Shown piece by piece: positions 7,785 to 14,210 of a stretch of 22,369 nt of DNA. The notes beneath the pieces were generated by a model. The model did no database searches. It saw only the letters and a list, made by a program, of their open reading frames with translations, and had not been told where the DNA came from. The position numbers were made by a program, and so were the translations under genes. This DNA comes from an archaeon (GTDB taxonomy: Archaea; Iainarchaeota; Iainarchaeia; Iainarchaeales; Iainarchaeaceae): positions 1 to 22,369 of the forward strand of contig JBBSVV010000001.1 in NCBI GenBank assembly GCA_038046625.1. Direction: 5' to 3'. The first letter of the stretch is position 1; every line of letters starts with the position of its first letter.

Positions 7785-8987
7785 TCAGCCTGAAAACAGT
7801 TCCTCTGCGTTCCTGTGCGCAAACCCTTCCTGCACCTCCGGGTCGAGCCTTGCGATGAATGCCCTTCCGAATTCTTCCATCAGCATACTCATTTCCTCGC
7901 CGTAATGCCATTTGACTCCCTTGTCCGTTCCCCACATGAATCTGTCCGGGTGCTTTTTAATCAGGCCCTTCCATTTGCTGACCTTTTCCTTCAGCCGAGA
8001 GTCAAAAGTCTGCCTGAACATTGAGGTAAATTTGCTTTCCGGCCCCATCATGAACAGGCCCTCCATTGCGTAAAGTGTGGCCGAATCAAGGGAAAAATAA
8101 ACGTTTGGGTACTTGTCCATCAGGCCGCCGACATCGTTCTCTATTTCAAATCCGTGCAGCAGGAATTTTACTCCCGGGTTTTTTTTCAATGCGTTTTCAA
8201 CGCTGCTCTTCTGGGTTTTGTCCGGATGCATCATCACTATCGCCCCATTACCTGCGGCTATCCTGTATATTTCGGAAAACCGCGAGTCATCAGGGGAGGA
8301 GCCCGCAAGGTACGGGGTGTAGAACGCTATTTCGCCGTAACCCTTGAAAAGGCCTGGCGCCGTTTCGTCTATTTTCCGCAATGTGTCGGCATCAAGGTTG
8401 GTTGGCATCAGGAAAAGCCTGACGTTTCTGCCGGATTTTTGTACAATTTCATGGGCTTTTTCCAGTGCGCCCTCAATGTCCCGGCTGTCGGCAATGAAAA
8501 AGGCTATCGCGCCTGAAACGCCTTCCTCATCAAAAGTGCAGAGTATCTGTTCGAGCCCGACATCCTTGTCCAAAATTGGGTCTGTCATGCCGGGGTACAT
8601 CATGGAAACCACGGGCATGTGGAAGTGTGCGTCAAACAAGGGCCCGCGGTAATAAGGTTCCGCCCCAAATTCTGGTGCAAATTCCCTGCTGCATTTCTCC
8701 CTCGCGCTTGAATCCGCATCGTTCCCGGAAATCGCATTATCTGATGTTCTGTCGGGAGGCTTGGCATCCGAATCCTGCTGTTCGCCGATAGGCCCTGTAG
8801 TGTTATTTTCAATCTCAGCTCCGTTTCCTGCGCTGGGCGCTTCAATCGGCCCGGCAGTTTCTGGTGTTTCCGCCGCATAGTTATTGGCGCTTTTCTCCCC
8901 CGAATCAGGAGCCTGTTGCGGCGCGCCCGTTTGCGTGCATCCCGCAAGTAAAAATGCAACGAGAATTAAGGCAAAGGCAGTTTTCAT
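7785..8987 (-). CDS. Lipoprotein, amidohydrolase superfamily (TIM-barrel metallo-dependent hydrolase)
   Basis: Lipobox LLAGC, low-complexity linker, DAHFH (HxH), GYGE, MMH, LLHG and WGTD metal-ligand motifs. Confidence 0.85.
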   Translation of the reverse strand: MKTAFALILVAFLLAGCTQTGAPQQAPDSGEKSANNYAAETPETAGPIEAPSAGNGAEIENNTTGPIGEQQDSDAKPPDRTSDNAISGNDADSSAREKCSREFAPEFGAEPYYRGPLFDAHFHMPVVSMMYPGMTDPILDKDVGLEQILCTFDEEGVSGAIAFFIADSRDIEGALEKAHEIVQKSGRNVRLFLMPTNLDADTLRKIDETAPGLFKGYGEIAFYTPYLAGSSPDDSRFSEIYRIAAGNGAIVMMHPDKTQKSSVENALKKNPGVKFLLHGFEIENDVGGLMDKYPNVYFSLDSATLYAMEGLFMMGPESKFTSMFRQTFDSRLKEKVSKWKGLIKKHPDRFMWGTDKGVKWHYGEEMSMLMEEFGRAFIARLDPEVQEGFAHRNAEELFSG

Positions 8988-9033
8988 ATGCCTTTATTAA
9001 GATTTTTTTATATAAAAGCTTACACTTCCCAGT

Positions 9034-9170
9034 TATAGCAGACCGTGAAAGTTTTTCGGCATATGACGCGGTTCCTTCTACCCGTAGGGTACGAGGCCTA
9101 ATGCCCTTGGGCATAAGGTGCTAGATAGCAGACCATGAAATATTGCCGAAATATTTGTTGGCCTGCCATA
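9034..9170 (+). repeat. Array 1 of modular palindromic (MITE/REP-like) units: TA-[88 nt]-GA-[43 nt]-TA
   Basis: Units 9036-9123 (TAGCAGACC...TGCTA) and 9126-9168 (TAGCAGACCA...TGGCCTGCCA). 9035-9138 is the reverse complement of 13767-13870 with one mismatch. Confidence 0.92.
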
Positions 9171-9224
9171 AAACACGTTTTTCAGGCGCAAAGGTTTTAT
9201 TTCAGCAACGGGCAAATACTATGC

Positions 9225-9923
9225 ATGCCCACGCAGGAAACCCTGAACTTCGGAAAACCGGAAAAAAAGAGGCTCAACGAAATACTGGCTTTGTTCGAGG
9301 ATGCGCCAGTGACAAACTACTTCGAGGAGAAGCGCGCAAAAAAAGGCGGGTGCACAATAACCCTTTACAATTCCGGAAAACTTTCAATACAAGGAGCAGA
9401 TGCAGCAAAAGTAAAGGAAGAAATAATCTCAATGATGGGCCTCAAGGAAGAGCTCGTGATAGGCATTGATGAAACAGGGCGCGGGGAAAGAATCGGGCCA
9501 ATGGTGATAACAGGGGTTCTGGCGGACACGAATTCTGTGCGCGAGGTAAGGGACAGCAAGAAAACAACCGACATTGCAAAAAAAGAAAAAATAGTTTCCG
9601 AAAAAATGTTCGGCTCGGTTTCTGTTGTGCTGAACGCAAAGCTCATTGATTTGTGCCGCAACAAGGGAAAAAACCTGAATGAACTCGAAGCCGGAACAAT
9701 TGAAAAGATCGCGGAAATACTTTCATTCTTCGAGGAAGCCGAAGTAATAGTGGATGGCGCACCGCTTAAGGTTCAGGGCAAAAAAATAAAGTTCCTTCCC
9801 AAAGGCGATGACCTGGAGCCCGTGATAGGAGCGGCAAGCATAGTGGCGAAACATTTGCGCAACAATTCTAGCGACAAGGGCGAAAGAAAGACTTGGAAAA
9901 CAAACGAGAAAAATGAAAAATAA
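9225..9923 (+). CDS. Type 2 ribonuclease H with N-terminal TBP-like (RNase HIII/DUF3378-type) domain
   Basis: ITLYNSGKLSIQG (HIII N-domain pattern), GIDETGRG..IGP, VRDSKK, IVDG, KGDD, AASIVAK. ATG 9135 lies inside the repeat, so the start is moved to ATG 9225 (TTTTATTT box about 22 nt upstream). Confidence 0.88.
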   Translation: MPTQETLNFGKPEKKRLNEILALFEDAPVTNYFEEKRAKKGGCTITLYNSGKLSIQGADAAKVKEEIISMMGLKEELVIGIDETGRGERIGPMVITGVLADTNSVREVRDSKKTTDIAKKEKIVSEKMFGSVSVVLNAKLIDLCRNKGKNLNELEAGTIEKIAEILSFFEEAEVIVDGAPLKVQGKKIKFLPKGDDLEPVIGAASIVAKHLRNNSSDKGERKTWKTNEKNEK

Positions 9924-9930
9924 AATCAGC

Positions 9931-10380
9931 CTATTTCGAGGAATTGAAAATCATTGCGTGAAGTTTCTTCGGGGAAAGGTTCTTTTCCCTCTTCGAGTTC
10001 CTGAAGGAGCGCGCCCTGACAGTCACATTTTTGTCCTGAAGCTCCTTGAGTATGTCCTTCATCGCAATTATCTCGGCTTCGGCAGTTGAACGGAAATGGT
10101 CAAGCTTTTCAACCTTCTTCCTCAGCTTTAAGTTGTCCGCGCCTTTTGAGTCAGCAACCAGCTTTTCGAGCTCCTGGATGCGTTTATGGGCAAGCTCGAT
10201 TTTTTTCTCCAAAGGGGCGATGCTCGGCCTTTCCTGCTGCGTCGCGTAAACCAGCGGTTCGTTGCCTGTTTGCGCGGGCTGCTGCGATTCCTCCTCTTTT
10301 GGCCTGAAAAGGAAAAGCAGGCCATTGCCTATCAAAAGAGCCAGTATCAGGACACCGAGAAAAAGAGTTAAGGGCGCCAT
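9931..10380 (-). CDS. Hypothetical N-terminally membrane-anchored coiled-coil protein
   Basis: Hydrophobic N-terminal helix followed by heptad-like charged helices. ATG 10380 preferred to TTG 10398 (TTTAAAATA box and GGAGG upstream). Confidence 0.75.
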   Translation of the reverse strand: MAPLTLFLGVLILALLIGNGLLFLFRPKEEESQQPAQTGNEPLVYATQQERPSIAPLEKKIELAHKRIQELEKLVADSKGADNLKLRKKVEKLDHFRSTAEAEIIAMKDILKELQDKNVTVRARSFRNSKREKNLSPKKLHAMIFNSSK

Positions 10381-10466
10381 AAGATAAAGTGCCTCCAAGA
10401 GTTATTTTAAAGGTTGTTGCGGCAAATGGCACAACAAATAAAAACAGCTCTCGCATTTGTTAGTTT

Positions 10467-11108
10467 ATGGAAAAGCCGTCACGCCCTTTTATTACGCCAA
10501 ATTCTAAAAAGCATACAACAGTAATTTCGGCAATGTTCCACCACGGCAGTCATTTCAACCCCCGCAACGAATCTGCGATACACCAGCTGCGTGCTTTTAC
10601 AAATATGCTCGCAGAAAGGCACGCAGAGTTAAGGGATATAAAAATAACAGGATGCTGGGTAAAGGAGGACAAGCTCAAGGGCTCTAATGGAGGGCAGGCT
10701 ATATTCACAGGCACAACACCACAAAGCCAGTCCATTGCAATTGAAATTACAAAAGACCACGAAAGTTTTGAATACAGGATACGGCTTGGAAAAGGAGAAA
10801 GGAAAAATATTGAAAGAAAAGTTGAAACTATTTCCCGAATAGAGGATAAGGAATGGCTTAGGCTTGTAGAGGAGGGCGAGGACAAATTCCTGCAAGTCGA
10901 AATACCCGGAAAAACCTTCCTGCTGCGCAGCGGCAGAATAGAAGTCCGCCACCGCGGAAACCGGAGGCCTGTGACAAGCGAAGAAAAAAGAACTATTTAC
11001 GCAACGACAATGAACCTTTTCAAACAAAGAAAGGAACGCGGTGCAGAAAAGTCAACGGAGTACATGAGGCTAATAACCAAAGCGTTCGGCAACGCGCCAA
11101 GTAAATAA
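10467..11108 (+). CDS. Hypothetical basic protein (213 aa)
   Basis: Longest ORF filling the gap, protein-like composition, no recognised motif. Confidence 0.65.
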   Translation: MEKPSRPFITPNSKKHTTVISAMFHHGSHFNPRNESAIHQLRAFTNMLAERHAELRDIKITGCWVKEDKLKGSNGGQAIFTGTTPQSQSIAIEITKDHESFEYRIRLGKGERKNIERKVETISRIEDKEWLRLVEEGEDKFLQVEIPGKTFLLRSGRIEVRHRGNRRPVTSEEKRTIYATTMNLFKQRKERGAEKSTEYMRLITKAFGNAPSK

Positions 11109-11122
11109 TGGCACTGCCAAAA

Positions 11123-11866
11123 TTATTCTTTGAAATACAATTTAGTGAAATTCTTCCCTGTCTTGGATTCGGCAACGCTATTTTCCACTCCATGCAGCTG
11201 CGCAACCTTTGCGCAAACCTCCGGAATCCAGGATGGCTCGGACTGCTTTCCTTTAAAGAAAACGGGCGCATCGGTTTCAAGCAAAAGGCTTTCAAGGGGG
11301 ATTCCCTTCACGACTTCGGCAGAAGCAGGATCGCTAAAAATAATCGGGCCGCAGGAAATGAAATAACCAAGCTCAACAGCCTTTTGCGCGTTTTCGTGAA
11401 AATTCGTGAACCAATGCAAGTGGACCTTTTTCGCGCCAAGCTCCTCAAGAATATCGAGGCATTCGGGTTCCGCGAAGCGCGCGTGCACGACAACCGGCTT
11501 TTTGGCTCCAATGGCGATTGCAACAAATCCCCTGAAAACGCGCTCCTGCAGCTTTTTTTGCGCCGCATTTGCGTGCTTGAAGTCCATTCCTATTTCCCCC
11601 ACCGCGGCAGCTTCATGCACGCGTGACTCAACTAGCTTAACAGCCGCCATAATTTGCGCCTCGCCGAGCGAAAGCAGGTCCACCGGATGCAGGCCTATCG
11701 CACAGCCCACTTCCTTAAACTTCTTTGAAAGTTCAAGATTTGGCCCAATGTTTTCCGGTGAAGTGGAATTTGACAGAATGGCCGAAACGCCCGATTTTAC
11801 CGCCCTTTGCACAACGGATTCCGGTTCCCTGAACCAATCCAAATGGCAGTGGGAGTCCGCTAACAA
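11123..11866 (-). CDS. tatD: TatD family DNase
   Basis: DSHCHLD, AIGLHP, VGEIGMD, VVHAR, HLHWF, LETDAP. Start placed at TTG 11866 (MLADSHCH), preceded by a GGTGAT SD. Confidence 0.95.
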   Translation of the reverse strand: MLADSHCHLDWFREPESVVQRAVKSGVSAILSNSTSPENIGPNLELSKKFKEVGCAIGLHPVDLLSLGEAQIMAAVKLVESRVHEAAAVGEIGMDFKHANAAQKKLQERVFRGFVAIAIGAKKPVVVHARFAEPECLDILEELGAKKVHLHWFTNFHENAQKAVELGYFISCGPIIFSDPASAEVVKGIPLESLLLETDAPVFFKGKQSEPSWIPEVCAKVAQLHGVENSVAESKTGKNFTKLYFKE

Positions 11867-11936
11867 AAAATCACCATTTAAAAAATTTTGCCTTGGTAGG
11901 ATTATATTAGCCATAGAAACAATTTTAAGTGGTCAC

Positions 11937-13076
11937 ATGGAAGATAAGCAAAAAACAGCGGAAAAGCCCGCAAAGGGCGAAAAAAAGCCCGGATCCAAGG
12001 GCATTAATATCCCGCCATACCTGGCAGTAATGCTCCTCATACTTGGAATACTCGGGGGCTACGCCATAAGCCTGATTATTAACCCTGCCCCGGAAACAAC
12101 CCCAATAAGCGATGCCAATTCCATAACCGACGTCGCTTACAGGACAATTCCGGTTACAATGGTTTACACCAATGACTGCAGGTCATGCAGGCAAACCAAT
12201 ATGGTTGAGGAACTTTTCAAAGTCAGGCAGATTCCATACACAATCAAAAAAGTCGAGGCAAGCAGCGAAGAAGGAAAACAGATTCTCGCGAGGTTCCCGG
12301 ACATCACTATGCTCCCCACAGCGCTTGTTGATTCCGCAAAAATGCAGTTTTACCCCTCCACAAAAAAGAATTTCGATGCCGTCTTCAGGGAAAGCAACGG
12401 CGCATATGTTGTGCCGGAGCTCAACCTTGACCCGAACAATTATTACCCGGTTTATTATCTTGACATGGCCCCGGGTTTCTGCAGCGGCGACAAGCCAAGC
12501 GCAGTGCTGTTCGATGATTACTACAACGAAGCCTACACGAAACAAAGGAGAACATTTTACGACTTCGCCCGGGATTTCAACGAGTCCGCAGACATCCGGT
12601 TCAGCTTTGCACAGTCTTCCTCTAAGGACACGAACTCCGTTCTTGGCAACCTTTTCCTCATGTGCGCGAGTTCGCAGGGCAAGTTTGCGGACCTTGAAAG
12701 AACAATCACCGGAATCTACTGCAACAATCCCTTCAAGGGCGACCCCACAATATTAACTGGCCCGGAAATAGACGGGTGCTGGACCATCAGTGACCACTAC
12801 GGAAAGCCGCTGACGCAGATAGAACTGGACGTCGCGCTCGGACGCGCCACAATAGACCAGAACGAGTTCAGGGCATGCTACGAAAACAAGGAAGCAATGT
12901 ACAACAACGCCAAAAAAACCGCGCAGGAACTAGGCATCACGAGGAGCGGGACATTCCTCATTGACTGCAGGGAAACCGCGAGCCTGAGCGAACTCCGGGA
13001 TTCGTTCTGCGCAAGGCACCCGGAACTGCAGGCCTGCAACAAAACCAGTGTTCCTGATGCAAGCGCACCCGCCTGA
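11937..13076 (+). CDS. Membrane-anchored tandem thioredoxin-fold protein (CxxC domain plus DsbA-like domain)
   Basis: Start ATG 11937 (MEDKQK), since the upstream part of ORF 11406 is antisense to tatD. TM helix, CRSC with ITMLPT cis-Pro loop, then DsbA-like CA..QGKF and F..C...A.ELGI...TF.I motifs. Confidence 0.8.
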   Translation: MEDKQKTAEKPAKGEKKPGSKGINIPPYLAVMLLILGILGGYAISLIINPAPETTPISDANSITDVAYRTIPVTMVYTNDCRSCRQTNMVEELFKVRQIPYTIKKVEASSEEGKQILARFPDITMLPTALVDSAKMQFYPSTKKNFDAVFRESNGAYVVPELNLDPNNYYPVYYLDMAPGFCSGDKPSAVLFDDYYNEAYTKQRRTFYDFARDFNESADIRFSFAQSSSKDTNSVLGNLFLMCASSQGKFADLERTITGIYCNNPFKGDPTILTGPEIDGCWTISDHYGKPLTQIELDVALGRATIDQNEFRACYENKEAMYNNAKKTAQELGITRSGTFLIDCRETASLSELRDSFCARHPELQACNKTSVPDASAPA

Positions 13077-13653
13077 ATTTTTTTTAAACGGCGCGCATTT
13101 TGGGGCACCGAAAGAAACCTATTTCCCCAGCGAGGATTCTTATTTTCTCGCGGAAAACGTTTCAATCCCGAAAAACGCTTCAGTGATTGATGTGGGATGC
13201 GGCTCAGGAATACAATCACTAAACGCTTTCATGCAGGGCGCAGCGAAAGTAATTGCGCTTGACGTGAACGAAATTGCCCTGGAGGCAACCAGAAAAAACT
13301 GCGAAAAGGCCGGATTCAAAAGCATTGAGGCAAGGAAATCCGACCTGCTTGAAAACTGCGTGGAAAAGGCCGATATCATAATCTTTAACCCGCCGTACCT
13401 TGAAAGCGACGATTATAAGCACGCTGATCTGAACGGCGGAAAAAAAGGCCGCGAAATCCTCGACAGGTTTCTGGAGCAAATGCCACTGTACCTCAAAAAA
13501 AACGGGAAATGCTTTTTCCTGCAGACAGATTTGAACGGCCACGCGGAAACTGAAAAGCTTTTGAAAGCAAAAGGCATGAAATTCAAGATAATCGCGCGCA
13601 AAAAAGGGTTTTTTGAAGAGCTTTGCATTTACGAAGCAGCTCGGCAAAAATAA
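13057..13653 (+). CDS. HemK2/Mtq2-family SAM-dependent methyltransferase (release factor glutamine methyltransferase-like)
   Basis: YFPSEDSYFLA, DVGCGSG, FNPPY, GGKKGREI..RFL. Overlaps the upstream gene. Exact start uncertain. Confidence 0.92.
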   Translation: MQAHPPEFFLNGAHFGAPKETYFPSEDSYFLAENVSIPKNASVIDVGCGSGIQSLNAFMQGAAKVIALDVNEIALEATRKNCEKAGFKSIEARKSDLLENCVEKADIIIFNPPYLESDDYKHADLNGGKKGREILDRFLEQMPLYLKKNGKCFFLQTDLNGHAETEKLLKAKGMKFKIIARKKGFFEELCIYEAARQK

Positions 13654-13733
13654 AAATTAGCATTTCTGGTTCGAATTGACGGCACTTGGATAGGGCGCTG
13701 TTCAATTGTCCATAAAAGCAGAAAATGGCATTC

Positions 13734-13916
13734 TATAGCAAACCAATAAAGTAATTCGGTGAAGTCTCATGGTCTGCTATCTAGCACCTTATGCCCAAGG
13801 GCATTAGGCCTCGTACCCTACGGGTAGAAGGAACCGCGTCATATGCCGAAAAACTTTCACGGTTTGCTATCTAGCAGGTCACCATAAATGCCTAAAAACT
13901 TTCGTGGTCTGCTATA
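13734..13916 (-). repeat. Array 2 of modular palindromic units; read on the minus strand, TA-[43 nt]-GA-[88 nt]-GA-[44 nt]-TA
   Basis: Units 13872-13914, 13782-13869 and 13736-13779, each bounded by TAGCA...TGCTA. Outer ends CTATAGCAAACCA and TGGTCTGCTATAG form a 12/13 inverted repeat. Confidence 0.92.
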
Positions 13917-13919
13917 GTT

Positions 13920-14144
13920 ATGGAACTGAAGGAGATTGGCCTGGCAATAACCGTTTTCGGCGTTTTCCTCTTTGCTTATGAATGGTTTTTTTCATACTGT
14001 TCCAGAATTGTTGAGGGACTCTGTTTTTTCAGTTTTTCCCCCTCACAGCCGGGAATAAGCATTCCATTGTATTCGCTTGCGGTCATTGTTTTCGGGCTGC
14101 TGGTTTTTTTCGGCTCCGGCGGGAAAGAAAAGGAATCCTCCTGA
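13920..14144 (+). CDS. Small two-TM membrane protein (74 aa)
   Basis: Two hydrophobic helices flanking a loop with two Cys, charged tail. Confidence 0.65.
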   Translation: MELKEIGLAITVFGVFLFAYEWFFSYCSRIVEGLCFFSFSPSQPGISIPLYSLAVIVFGLLVFFGSGGKEKESS

Positions 14145-14210
14145 ACAACCCAATCCCCTGTTTTGGGGATTCCGTTGACGGGAAACCCCGCGCCTTTATT
14201 TTCTGGTGAT

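Noticed and set aside
9036..9123. tRNA or hammerhead ribozyme as the identity of the four-way junction
   Set aside because: No TTCRA T-loop, D-loop GG or 7-nt anticodon loop, and no CUGANGA core.
8864..9124. Short ORFs 8864-9124(+) and 8905-9114(-) spanning the repeat
   Set aside because: They overlap the amidohydrolase start and its promoter, have no motifs, and are not preserved at the second repeat copy.
9135..9224. N-terminal extension of the RNase H ORF
   Set aside because: The ATG lies within the repeat unit; a TATA-like box supports ATG 9225.
11406..11936. N-terminal 177 aa of the 556-aa ORF
   Set aside because: Antisense shadow of tatD; the protein-like sequence starts at ATG 11937.
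9035..13870. Composite transposon or integron cassette array
   Set aside because: No transposase or integrase, no matching target duplication beyond TA, no GTTRRRY/RYYYAAC attC cores, and the cargo is housekeeping-like.
13734..13916. CRISPR array (recurring GGTYTGCTAT motif with variable interiors)
   Set aside because: Periods are unequal (90 and 45 nt), interiors are homologous to one another rather than unique spacers, each unit is palindromic end to end, and no cas genes are present.
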